NCBI GenBank assembly: GCA_964016885.1
Contig: OZ024744.1
Coordinates: 21,204,001 to 21,268,000 of the forward strand
Length of the DNA: 64,000 nucleotides
Reading direction: 5' to 3'
From: Eledone cirrhosa
Taxonomy: Eukaryota
This document shows, piece by piece, positions 12,760 through 27,000 of this stretch. Positions within the stretch are counted from its first letter, which is position 1. Each line of letters begins with the position of its first letter. The position numbers and the translations under genes are program-made. The notes under the pieces were generated by a model. It saw only the letters and a list, made by a program, of their open reading frames with translations, had not been told where the DNA came from and searched no databases.

Positions 12760-15700
12760 TTAAGAACTGACTCGTTTAAACAACAGTTGAATCTTAAGAT
12801 AAAACTCGTTTTAACAACAGTTGAATCTTAAGAACTGACTCGTTTTATCAACAGTTCAACCTTAAGAACTGACTCGTTTTAACAAGAGTTGAATCATCAA
12901 ATCAAACTCGTTTTAACAACAGTTGAATCTTAAGAACTGACTCGTTTTAACATCAGTTCAACCTTAAGAGCTGACTCGTTTAACAACAGTTGAATCTTCA
13001 AATAAAACTCTTTTAACAACAGTTGAATCTTAAGAACTGACTCGTGTTAACAACAGTTGAATCTTAAGATAAAACTAGTTTTAACAACAGTTCAACCTTA
13101 AGAACTGACTCGTTTTAACAACAGTTGAATCTTAAGAACTGACTCGTTTTAACAACAGTTGAATGTTAAGATAAAACTCGTTTTAACAACAGTTGAATCT
13201 TAAGAACTGACTCGTTTAACATCAGCTGAATCTTAAGATAAAACTCGTTTTAACAACAGTTCAAACTTAAGAAATGTCTCGTTTTAACAACTGTTGAATC
13301 TTATGAACTGACACATTTTAACAACAGTTGAATCTTAAGATAACATTCGTTTTAACAACAGTTGAATCTTAAGAACTGATTCGTTTTAACAACAGTTGAA
13401 TCTTAAGATGAAACTCGTTTTAACAACAGTTGAATCTTAAGAACTGACTCGTTTTAACAACAGCTGATTCTTAAGAGAAAACTCGTTTTAACAATAGTTG
13501 AATCTTAACAACTGACTCGTTTTAACAACAGTTCAACCTTAAGAACTGACTCGTTTTAACAACAGTTGAATCTTCAAATAAAACTCGATTTAACAACAGT
13601 TGAATCTTAAGAACTGACTCGTTTTAACAACAGTTGAATCTTAAGAACTGACTCGTTTTAACAAGAGTTAAATCTTAATAACTGACTCGTTTTAACAACA
13701 GTTGAATGTTAAGTTAAACCTCGTTTTAACAATAGTTGAATCTTAAGAACTGACTCGTTTTAACAACAGTTGAATCTTATGAACTGACTCATTTTAGCAA
13801 CAGTTGAATCTTAAGATAACATTCGTTTTAACTACAGTTGAATCTTAAGATAAAACTCGTTTTAACAACAGTTGAATCTTAAGAACTGACTCGTTTCATC
13901 AACAGATCAACCTTAAGAACTGACTCGTTTTAACAACAGTTGAATCTTCAAATAAAACTCGTTTTAACAACAATTGAATCTTAAGAACTGACTCGTTTTA
14001 ACAACAGTTGAATCTTAAGAACTGACTCCTTTTAACAACAGTTGAATCTTAAGATAAAACTCGTTTTAACAACAGTTGAATCTTATGAGCTAACTCATTT
14101 TAACAACAGTTGAATCTTAAGTTAAGACTCGTTTTAACAACAGTTGAATCTTAAGAACTGACTCGTTTTAACAACAGCTGAATCTTAAGATAAAACTTGT
14201 TTTAACAACAGTTGAATCTTAAAGATAAAACTCGCTTTAACAACAGTTGAATCTTAAGAACTGACTCGTTTTAACAACAGTTGAATCTTAACACAAAACC
14301 CGTTTTAACAACAGTTGAATCTTAAGAACTGTCTCATTTTAACAACAGTTGAATCTTAAGATAAACCTCGTTTTAACAACAGATTAATCTTAAGAACTGA
14401 CTCGTTTTAACAACAGTTGAATCTTAAGACAAAACTCGTTTTAACAACAGTTGAATCTTAAGAACTGACTTGTTCTAACAACAGTTCAGCCTCAAGAACT
14501 GACTCGTTTTAAAACAGTTGAATCGTTAGATCTGACTCGTTTTAACAACAGTTGAATCTTAAAATAAAACTCGTTTTAACAATAGTTGAATCTCAAGAAC
14601 TGACTCGTTTTAGCAACAGTTGAATCTTAATAACTGACTCGTTTTAACAACAGTTGAATGTTAAGATAAAACTCGTTTTAACAATAGTTGAATCTTAAGA
14701 ACTAACTCGTTTTAACAACAGTTGAATCTTAAGATAAAACTCGTTTTAACAACTGTTGAATCTTAAGAACTGACTCGTTTTAACAACAGTTGAATCTTCA
14801 AATAAAACTCGTTTTAACAACAGTTGAATCTTAAGAACTGACTCGTTTTAACAACAGTTGAATGTTAAGATAAAACTCGTTTCAACAATAGTTGAATCTT
14901 AAGAACTGACTCGTTTTAACAACAGTTGAATCTTAAGATAAAACTCGTTTTAACAACAGTTGAATCTTAAGAACTGACTCGTTTAAACAACAGTTGAATC
15001 TTAAGATAAAACTCGTTTTAACAACAGTTGAATCTTAAGAACTGACTCGTTTTATCAACAGTTCAACCTTAAGAACTGACTCGTTTTAACAACAGTTGAA
15101 TCATCAAATCAAACTCGTTTTAACAACAGTTGAATCTTAAGAACTGACTCGTTTTAACATCAGTTCAACCTTAAGAGCTGACTCGTTTAACAACAGTTGA
15201 ATCTTCAAATAAAACTCTTTTAACAACAGTTGAATCTTAAGAACTGACTCGTGTTAACAACAGTTGAATCTTCAGATAAAACTAGTTTTAACAACAGTTC
15301 AACCTTAAGAACTGACTCGTTTTAACAACAGTTGAATCTTAAGAACTGACTCGTTTTAACAACAGTTGAATGTTAAGATAAAACTCGTTTTAACAACAGT
15401 TGAATCTTAAGAACTGACTCGTTTAACATCAGCTGAATCTTAAGATAAAACTCGTTTTAACAACAGTTCAAACTTAAGAAATGTCTCGTTTTAACAACTG
15501 TTGAATCTTATGAACTGACACATTTTAACAACAGTTGAATCTTAAGATAACATTCGTTTTAACAACAGTTGAATCTTAAGAACTGATTCGTTTTAACAAC
15601 AGTTGAATCTTAAGATGAAACTCGTTTTAACAACAGTTGAATCTTAAGAACTGACTCGTTTTAACAACAGCTGATTCTTAAGAGAAAACTCGTTTTAACA

Positions 15701-16870
15701 ATAGTTGAATCTTAACAACTGACTCGTTTTAACAACAGTTCAACCTTAAGAACTGACTCGTTTTAACAACAGTTGAATCTTCAAATAAAACTCGATTTAA
15801 CAACAGTTGAATCTTAAGAACTGACTCGTTTTAACAACAGTTGAATCTTAAGAACTGACTCGTTTTAACAACAGTTAAATCTTAATAACTGACTCGTTTT
15901 AACAACAGTTGAATGTTAAGTTAAACCTCGTTTTAACAATAGTTGAATCTTAAGAACTGACTCGTTTTAACAACAGTTGAATCTTATGAACTGACTCATT
16001 TTAGCAACAGTTGAATCTTAAGATAACATTCGTTTTAACTACAGTTGAATCTTAAGATAAAACTCGTTTTAACAACAGTTGAATCTTAAGAACTGACTCG
16101 TTTCATCAACAGATCAACCTTAAGAACTGACTCGTTTTAACAACAGTTGAATCTTCAAATAAAACTCGTTTTAACAACAATTGAATCTTAAGAACTGACT
16201 CGTTTTAACAACAGTTGAATCTTAAGAACTGACTCGTTTTAACAACAGTTGAATCTTAAGATAAAACTCGTTTTAACAACAGTTGAATCTTATGAGCTAA
16301 CTCATTTTAACAACAGTTGAATCTTAAGTTAAGACTCGTTTTAACAACAGATGAATCTTAAGAACTGACTCGTTTTAACGACAGCTGAATCTTAAGATAA
16401 AACTTGTTTTAACAACAGTTGAATCTTAAAGATAAAACTCGCTTTAACAACAGTTGAATCTTAAGAACTGACTCGTTTTAACAACAGTTGAATCTTAAGA
16501 CAAAACCCGTTTTAACAACAGTTGAATCTTAAGAACTGTCTCGTTTTAACAACAGTTGAATCTTAAGATAAACCTCGTTTTAACAACAGATTAATCTTAA
16601 GAACTGACTCGTTTTAACAACAGTTGAATCTTAAGACAAAACTCGTTTTAACAACAGTTGAATCTTAAGAACTGACTTGTTCTAACAACAGTTCAGCCTC
16701 AAGAACTGACTCGTTTTAAAACAGTTGAATCGTTAGATCTGACTCGTTTTAACAACAGTTGAATCTTAAAATAAAACTCGTTTTAACAATAGTTGAATCT
16801 CAAGAACTGACTCGTTTTAGCAACAGTTGAATCTTAATAACTGACTCGTTTTAACAACAGTTGAATGTTA
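12760..16870 (+). repeat. Higher-order duplication, period 2207 bp (65 monomers), about 1.9 copies
   Basis: Markers CTCGTTTAAAC at 12771/14978, AGAGAAAACT at 13474/15681 and ACTACAG at 13831/16038 are all offset by 2207. Confidence 0.88.
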
Positions 16871-19800
16871 AGATAAAACTCGTTTTAACAACTGTTGAAT
16901 CTTAAGAACTGACTCATTTTAACAACAGTTGAATCTTCAAATAAAACTCGTTTTAACAACAGTTGAATCTTAAGAACTGACTCGTTTTAACAACAGTTGA
17001 ATCTTCAAATAAAACTCGTTTTAACAACAGTTGAATCTTAAGAACTGACTCGTTTTAACAACAGTTGAATCTTAAGAACTGACTCGTTTTAACAACAGTT
17101 GAATCTTAAGAACTGACTCGTTTTAACAACAACTGAATCTTAAGATAAAACTCGTTTTAACAACAGTTGAATCTTAAGAACTGACTCGTTTTAACATCAG
17201 TTCAACCTTAAGAACTGACTCGTTTTAACAACAGTGGAATCTTAAGAACTGACTCGTTTTAACAACAGCTGAATCTTAAGATAAAACTCGTTTTAACAAC
17301 AGTTGAATCTTAAGAACTGACTCGTTTTAACATCAGTTCAACCTTTAGAGCTGACTCGTTTAACAACAGTTGAATCTTCAAATAAAACTCGTTTTAACAA
17401 CAGTTGAATCTTAAGAACTGACTCGTTTGAAAAACAGCTGAATCTTAAGATATAACTCGTTTTAACAACAGTTGGATCTTAAGAACTGACTCGTTTTAAC
17501 AACAGCTGAATCTTCAAATAAATCTCGTTTTAACAACAGTTGAATCTTAAGAACTGACTCGTTTTAACAACAGTTGAATCTTCAAATAAAACTCGATTTA
17601 ACAACAGTTGAATCTTAAGAACTGACTCGTTTTAACAACAGTTGAATCTTAAGATAAAACTCGTTTTAACAACAGTTGAATCTTAAGAACTGACTCATTT
17701 TAACAACAGTTGAATCTTGAGATAAAACTCGTTTTAACAACAGTTGAATCTTAAGAACTGACTCTTTTTAACAACAGTTGAATGTTAAGATAAAACTCGT
17801 TTTAACAATAGTTGAATCTTAAGAACTGACTCGTTTTAACAACAGTTGAATCTTAAGATAAAACTCGTTTTAACAACAGTTGAATCTTAAGAACTGACTC
17901 GATTTAACAACAGCTGAATCTTAAGATAAAACTCGTTTTAACAACAGTTGAATCTTAAGAACCGACTTGTTTTATCAACAGTTCAACCGTAAGAACTGAC
18001 TCGTTTTAACAACAGTTGAATCTTCAAATAAAACTCGTTTTCACAACAGTTGAATCTTAAGAAATGACTCGTTTTAACAACAGTTGAATCTTAAGATAAA
18101 ACTCGTTTTAACAACAGTTGAATCTTAAGAACTGACTCGTTTTAACAACAGCTGAATCTTAAGATAAAACTCGTTTTAACAACAGTTGAATCTTAAGAAC
18201 TGACTTGTTTTATCAACAGTTCAACCGTGAGAACTGACTCGTTTTAACAACAGTTGAATGTTCAAATAAAACTCGTTTTAACAACAGTTGAATCTTAAGA
18301 ACTGACTCGTTTTAACAACAGTTGAATCTTAAGAACTGACTCGTTTTAACAACAGTTAAATCTTAATAACTGACTCGTTTTAACGACAGTTGAATGTTAA
18401 TATAAAACTCGTTTTAACAATAGTTGAATCTTAAGAACTGACTCGTTTTAACAACAGTTGAATCTTAAGATAAAACTCGTTTTAACAACTGTTGAATCTT
18501 AAGAACAGACTCGTTTTAACAACAGCTGAATCTTAAGATAAAACTCGTTTTAACAACAGTTAAATCTTAATAACTGACTCGTTTTAACAACAGTTGAATG
18601 TTAAGATAAAACTCGTTTTAACAATAGTTGAATCTTAAGAACTGACTCGTTTTAACAACAGTTGAATGTTCAAATAAAACTCGTTTTAAGAGCAGTTGAA
18701 TCTTAACAACTGACTCGTTTTAACAACAGTTCAACCTTAAGAACTGACTCGTTTGAACAACAATTGAATCTTCAAATAAAACTCGATTTAACAACAGTTG
18801 AATCTTAAGAACTGACTCGTTTTAACAACAGTTGTATCTTAAGAACTGACTCGTTTTAACAACAGTGAAATCTTAATAACTGACTCGTTTTAACGACAGT
18901 TGAATGTTAAGTTAAAACTCGTTTTAACAATAGTTGAATCTTAAGAACTGACTCGTTTTAACAACAGTTGAATCTTATGAACTGACTCATTTTAGCAACA
19001 GTTGAATCTTAAGATAACATTCGTTTTAACAACAGTTGAATCTTAAGATAAAACTCGTTTTAACAACAGTTGAATCTTAAGAACTGACTCGTTTCATCAA
19101 CAGATCAACCTTAAGAACTGACTCGTTTTAACAACAGTTGAATCTTCAAATAAAACTCGTTTTAACAACAATTGAATCTTAAGAACTGACTCGTTTTAAC
19201 AACAGTTGAATCTTAAGAACTGACTCGTTTTAACAACAGTTGAATCTTAAGATGAAACTCGTTTTAACAACAGTTGAATCTTAAGAACTGACTCATTTTA
19301 ACAACAGTTGAATCTTCAGATAAAACTCGTTTTAACAACAGTTGAATCTTAAGAACTGACTCGTTTTAACAACAGTTGAATGTTAAGATAAAACTCGTTT
19401 TAACAATAGTTGAATCTTAAGAACTGACTCGTTTTAACAACAGTTGAATCTTAAGATAAAACTCGTTTTAACATCTGTTGAATCTTAAGAACTGACTCGT
19501 TTTATCAACAGTTCAACCTTAAGAACTGACTCGTTTTAATAACAGTTGAATCATCAAATCAAACTCGTTCTAACAACAGTTGAATCTTAAGAACTGACTC
19601 GTTTTAACAACAGTTGAATCTTAAGATAAAACTCGTTTTAACAACAGTTGAATCTTAAGAACTGACTCATTTTAACAACAGTTGAATCTTGAGATAAAAC
19701 TCGTTTTAACAACAGTTGAATCTTAAGAACTGACTCGTTTTAACAACAGTTGAATGTTAAGATAAAACTAGTTTTAACAATAGTTGAATCTTAAGAACTG

Positions 19801-22800
19801 ACTCGTTTTAACAACAGTTGAATCTTAAGATAAAACTCGTTTTAACAACTGTTGAATCTTAAGAACTGACTCGTTTTAAAAACAGCTGAATCTTAAGATA
19901 TAACTCGTTTTAACAACAGTTGGATCTTAAGAACTGACTCGTTTTAACAACCTGTAATCTTCAAATAAATCTCGTTTTAACAACAGTTGAATCTTAAGAA
20001 CTGACTCGTTTTAACAACAGTTGAATCTTCAAATAAAACTCGATTTAACAACAGTTGAATCTTAAGAACTGACTCGTTTTAACAACAGTTGAATCTTAAG
20101 ATAAAACTCGTTTTAACAACAGTTGAATCTTAAGAACTGACTCATTTTAACAACAGTTGAATCTTGAGATAAAACTCGTTTTAACAACAGTTGAATCTTA
20201 AGAACTTACTCGTTTTAACAACAGTTGAATGTTAAGATAAAACTCGTTTTAACAATAGTTGAATCTTAAGAACTGACTCGTTTTAACAACAGTTGAATCT
20301 TAAGATAAAACTCGTTTTAACAACTGTTGAATCTTAAGAACTGACTCGTTTTAAAAACAGCTGAATCTTAAGATATAACTCGTTTTAACAACAGTTGGAT
20401 CTTAAGAACTGACTCGTTTTAACAACAGTTGAATCTTCAAATAAATCTCGTTTTAACAACAGTTGAATCTTAAGAACTGACTCGATTTAACAACAGCTGA
20501 ATCTTAAGATAAAACTCGTTTTAACAACAGTTGAATATTAAGAACTGTCTCGTTTTAACAACAGTTGGATGTTAAGATAAAACTCGTTTTAACAATAGTT
20601 GAATCTTAAGAACTGATTCGTTTTAACAACAGTTGAATCTTAAGATAAAACTCGTTTTAACAACATTTGAATCTTAAGAATTGACTCGTTTTAACAACAG
20701 TTGAATTTTAAGAACTGACTCGTTTTAACAACAGTTGAATCTTAAGAACTGACTCGTTTTAACAACAACTGAATCTTAAGATAAAACTCGTTTTAACAAC
20801 AGTTGAATCTTAAGAACTGACTCGTTTTAACATCAGTTCAACCTTAAGAACTGACTCGTTTTAACAACAGTTGAATCTTCAAATACAACTCGTTTTAACA
20901 ACAGTTGAATCTTAAGAACTGACTCGTTTTAACAACAGTTGAATGTTAAGATAAAACTCGTTTTAACAACAGTTGAATCTTAAGAACTGACTCGTTTTAA
21001 CAACAGCTGAATCTTAAGATAAAACTCGTTTTAACAACAGTTGAATCTTAAGAACTGACTCGTTTTGACATCAGTTCAACCTTTAGAGCTGACTCGTTTA
21101 ACAACAGTTGAATCTTCAAATAAAACTCTTTAAACAACAGTTGAATCTTAAGAACTGAGTCGTTTAACAACAGTTGAATCTTAAGAACTGACTCGTTTTA
21201 ACAACAGTTGAATCTTCAAATAAAACTCGTTTTAACAACAGTTGAATCATAAGAACTGAGTCGTTTAACAACAGTTGAATCTTAAGATAAAACTCGTTAT
21301 AACAACAGTGGAATCTTAAGATAAAACTCGTTTTAACAACAGTTGAATCTTAAGAACTGACTCGTTTTATCAACAGTTCAATCTAAAGAACTGACTCGTT
21401 TTAACAACAGCTGAATCTTAAGATAAAACTCGTCTTAACAACAGTTGAATCTTAAGATAAAATTCGCTTTAACGATAGTTGAATGTTAAGAACTGATTCG
21501 TTTTAACAACAGTGCAAACTTAATAACTGACTCGTTTTAACAACAGTTGAATATTCAAATAAAACTTGTTTTAACAACAGTTGAATCTTAAGAACTGACT
21601 CGTTTTAACAACAGTTGAATCTTATGATAAAACTCATTTTAACAACAGTTGAATCTTAAGATAAAACTCGTTTTAACAACAGTTGAATTTTAAGAACTGT
21701 CTCGTTTTAACAACAGTTGAATCTTAAGAACTGTCTCGTTTTAACAACAGTTGAATCTTAAGAACTGACTCGTTTTAACAACAGTTGAATCTTATGATAA
21801 AACTCATTTTAACAACAGTTGAATCTTAAGATAAAACTCGTTTTAACAACAGTTGAATTTTAAGAACTGTCTCGTTTTAACAACAGTTGAATCTTAAGAA
21901 CTGTCTCGTTTTAACAACAGTTGAATCTTGAGAACTGGCTCGTTTTAACAACAGTTCAAACTTAAGAACTGACTCGTTTTAACAACAGTTCAATCTTATG
22001 ATAAAACTCATTTTAACAACAGTTGAATCTTAAGAACAGATTCGTTTTAACAACAGATGAATCTTAAGATAAACCTCGTTTTAATAACAGTTGAATCTTA
22101 AGAACTGACTCGTATTAACAACTGTTGATTCTTAAGATAAAACATCATTTTAACAACAGTTGAATCTTAAGAACTGTCTCGTTTTAACAACAGTTTGAAA
22201 CTTAAGATAAATCTCGTTTTAATCACATTTGAATCTTAAGAACTGACTCGTTTTAACAACAGTTGAATCTTAAGATAAAATTCGTTTTAACAACAGTTGA
22301 ATCTTAATAACTGATTCGTTTTAACAACAGTTCAAACTTAAGGACTGACTCGTTTTAACAACAGTTGAATCTTATGATAAAACTCATGTTAACAACAGTT
22401 GAATCTTAAGAGCTGACTCGTGTTAACAACAGCTGAATCTTAAGACAAAACTCGTTTTAACAACAGTTCAACCTTAAGAACTGACTCGTTTTAACAACAG
22501 TTGAATCTTCAAATAAAACTCGCTTTAACAACAGTTGAATCTTAAGAACTAACTCGTTTTAACAACAGTTGAATCATATGATAAAACTCGTTTTAACAAC
22601 AGTTGAATCTTAAGAACTGACTCATTTTAACAACAGTTGAATCTTAAGATAAAACTCGTTTTAACAACAGTTGAATCTTAAGAACTGACTCGTTTTAACA
22701 ACAGTTCAACCTTAAGAACTGACTCGTTTTAACAACAGTTGAATCTTAAGAACTGACTCGTGTTATCAACAGTTCAACCTTAAGAACTGACTCATTTTAA

Positions 22801-24078
22801 CAACAGAAGAATCTTCAAATAAAACTCGTTTTAACAACAGTTGAATCTTAAGAACTGATTCGTTTTAACAACAGCTGAATCTTAAGATAAACTCGTTTTA
22901 ACAACAGTTGAATCTTAAGATAAACCTCGTTTTAACAACATTTGAATCTTAAGAACTGACTCGTTTTAACAACAGCTGAATCTTAAGATAAACTCGTTTT
23001 AACAACAGTTGAATCTTGAGAACTGACTCATCTTAACAACAGTTGAATCTTCAAATAAACTCGTTTTAACAACAGTTGAATCTTAAGAACTGACTCGTTT
23101 TATCAACAGTTCAACCTTAAGAACTGACTCGTTTTAACAACAGTTGAATCTTCAAATAAAACTCGTTTTAACAACAGTTGAATCTTAAGAACTGACTCGT
23201 TTTAACAACAGTTGAATCTTAAGATAAAACTCGTTTTAACAACAGTTGAATCTTAAGATAAATCTCGTATTAACAACAGTTGAATCGTAAGAACTGACTC
23301 GTTTTAACAACAGTTGAATCTTAAGATAAATCACGTTTTAACAACAGTTGAATCTTAAGAACTGACTCGTTTTAACAACAGCTGAATCTTAAAATAAAAA
23401 ATCGTTTTAACAACAGTTGAATCTTAAGAACTGACTCGTTTTATCAACAGTTCAACCTTAAGAACTGACTCGTTTTAACAACAGTTGAATCTTCAAATAA
23501 AACTCGTTTTAACAACAGTTGAATCATAAGAACTGACTCATTTTAACAACAGCTGAATCTTTATATAAAACTCGTTTTAACAACGGTTGAATCTTAAGAA
23601 CTGACTCGTTTTAACAACAGTTGAATCTTCAAATAAAACTCGTTTTAACAACAGTTGAATCATAAGAACTGAGTCGTTTAACAACAGTTGAATCTTAAGA
23701 TAAAACTCGTTATAACAACAGTGGAATCTTAAGATAAAACTCGTTTTAACAACAGTTGAATCTTAAGAACTGACTCGTTTTATCAACAGTTCAACCTTAA
23801 GAACTGACTCGTTTTAACAACAGCTGAATCTTAAGATAAAACTCGTCATAACAACAGTTGAATCTTAAGATAAAATTCGCTTTAACGATAGTTGAATGTT
23901 AAGAACTGATTCGTTTTAACAACAGTGCAAACTTAATAACTGACTCGTTTTAACAACAGTTGAATCTTCAAATAAAACTCGTTTTAACAACAGTTGAATC
24001 TTAAGAACTGACTCGTTTTAACAACAGTTGAATCTTATGATAAAACTCATTTTAACAACAGTTGAATCTTAAGATAAA

Positions 24079-27000
24079 ACTCGTTTTAACAACAGTTGAA
24101 TTTTAAGAACTGTCTCGTTTTAACAACAGTTGAATCTTAAGAACTGTCTCGTTTTAACAACAGTTGAATCTTAAGAACTGACTCGTTTTAACAACAGTTG
24201 AATCTTCAAATAAAACTCGTTTTAACAACAGTTGAATCTTAAGATAAAACTCGTTTTAACAACAGTTGAATCTTAAGAACTGACTCATTTTAACAACAGC
24301 TGAATATTAAGATAAAACTCGTTTTAACAACAGTTGAATCGTAAGAACTGACTCGTTTTATCAACAGTTCAACCTTAAGAACTGACTCGTTTTAACAACA
24401 GTTGAATCTTCAAATAAAACTCGTTTTAACAACAGTTGAATCTTAAGAACTGACTCGTTTTAACAACAGTTGAATCTTAAGATAAATCTCGTTTTAACAA
24501 CAGTTGAATCTTAAGAACTGACTCATTTTAACAACAGTTGAATCTTAAGATAAAACTCGTTTTAACAACAGTTGAATCTTAAGAACTGACTCGTTTTAAC
24601 AACAGCTGAATCTTAAGATAAAACTCGTTTTAACAACAGTTGAATCTTAAGAACTGACTCGTTTTATCAACAGTTCAACCTTAAGAACTGACTCGTTTTA
24701 ACAACGGCTGAATCTTAAGATAAAATTCGTTTTAACAATAGTTGAATGTTAAGAACTGATTCGTTTTAACAACAGTGCAAACGTAAGAACTGACTCGTTT
24801 TAACAGCAGTTGAATCTTAAGAACTGACTCGTTTTAACAACAGTTGAATCTTAAGATATAACTCGTTTTAACAACAGTTGAATCTTATGAACTGACTCGT
24901 TTTAACAACAATTGAATCTTAAGATAAAACTCGTATTAACAACAGTTGAATCTTAAGAACTGACTCATCTTAACAACAATTGAATCTTAAGACAAAACTC
25001 GTTTTAACAACAGTTGAATCTTAAGAACTGACTCGTTTTAACAACAATTGAATCTTAAGGCAAAACTCGTTTTAACAACAGTTGAATCTTAAGAACTGAC
25101 TCGTTTTATCAACAGTTCAACCTTAAGAACTGACTCGTTTTAGCAACAGTTGAATCTTCAAATAAAACTCGTTTTAACAACAGTTGAATCTTAAGAACTG
25201 ATTCGTTTTAACAACAGTTGAATCTTAAGATAAAACTCGTTTTAACAACAGTTGAATCTTAAGATAAAACTCGTTTTAACAACAGTTGAATCTTAAGAAC
25301 TGACTCGTTTTAATAACAGTTGAATCTTAAGATAAAACTCGTTTTAACAACAGTTGAATCTTAAGAACTGACTCGTTTTATCAACAGTTCAACCTTAAGA
25401 ACTGTCTCATTTTAACAACAGTTGAATCTTCAAATAAAACTCGTTTTAACGACAGTTGAATCTTAAGAACGGATTCGTTTTAACAACAGTTGAATCTTAA
25501 GATAAAACTCGTTTTAACAACAGTTGAATCTTAAGAACTGACTCGTTTTAACAACAGCTGAATCTTAAGATAAAAATCGTTTTAACAACAGTTGAATCGT
25601 AAGAACTGACTCGTTTTATCAACAGTTCAACCTTAAGAACTGACTCGTTTTAACAACAGTTGAATCTTCAAATAAAACTCGTTTTAACAACAGTTGAATC
25701 TTAAGAACTGATTCGTTTTAACAACAGCTCAATCTTAAGATAAACTCGTTTTAACAACAGCTGAATCTGAAGATAAAACTCGTTTTAACAACAGTTGAAT
25801 CTTAAGAACGGATTCGTTTTAACAACGGTTGAATCTTAAGATAAAACTCGTTTTAACAACAGTTGAATCTTAAGAACTGACTCGTTTTAACAACAGCTGA
25901 ATCTTAAGATAAAACTCGTTTTAACAACAGTTGAATCGTAAGAACTGACTCGTTTTATCAACAGTTCAATCTTAAGGACTGACTCGTTTTAACAACAGTT
26001 GAATCTTCAAATAAAACTCGTTTTAACAACAGTTGAATCTTAAGAACTGATTCGTTTTAACAACAGCTGAATCTTAAGAAATGGCTCGTTTTAACAACAG
26101 CTGAATCTTAAGATAAAACTCGTTTTAACAACAGTTGAATCTTAAGAACTGACTCGTTTTAACAACAGTTCAACCATAAGAACTGACTCGTTTTAACAAC
26201 AGTTGAATCTTCAAATAAAACTCGTTTTAACAACAGTTGAATCTTAAGAACTGATTCGTTTTAACAACAGCTGAATCTTAAGAACTGACTCGTTTTAACA
26301 ACAGCTGAATCTTAAGATAAAACGCGTTTTAACAACGGTTGAATCTTAAGAACTGACTCGTTTTAACAACAGTTGAATCTTCAAATAAAACTCCTTTTAA
26401 CAACAGTTGAATCATAAGAATTGATTCGTTTAACAGCAGTTAAATCTTAAGATAACACTCGTTTTAACAACACTTGAATCTTAAGATAAAACTCGTTTTA
26501 ACAACAGTTGGATCTTAAGAACTGACTCGTTTTAATCACAGTTGAATCTTAAAATAAAACTCGTTTTAACAACAGTTGAATCTTAAGAACTGAGTCGTTT
26601 TATCAACAGTTCAACCTTAAGAACTGACTCATTTTAACAACAGTTGAATCTTCAAATAAAACTCGTTTTAACAACAGTTGAATCTTAAGAACTGATTCGT
26701 TTTAACAACAACTGTATCTTAATATAAACTCGTTTTAACAACAGTTGAATCTTAAGATAAACTCGTTTTAACAACAGTTGAATTTTAAGAACTGTCTCGT
26801 TTTAACAACAGTTGAATCTTAAGAACTGTCTCGTTTTAACAACAGTTGAATCTTAAGAACTGACTCGTTTTAACAACAGTTGAATCTTCAAATAAAACTC
26901 GTTTTAACAACAGTTGAATCTTAAGATAAAACTCGTTTTAACAACAGTTGAATCTTAAGAACTGACTCATTTTAACAACAGCTGAATATTAAGATAAAAC

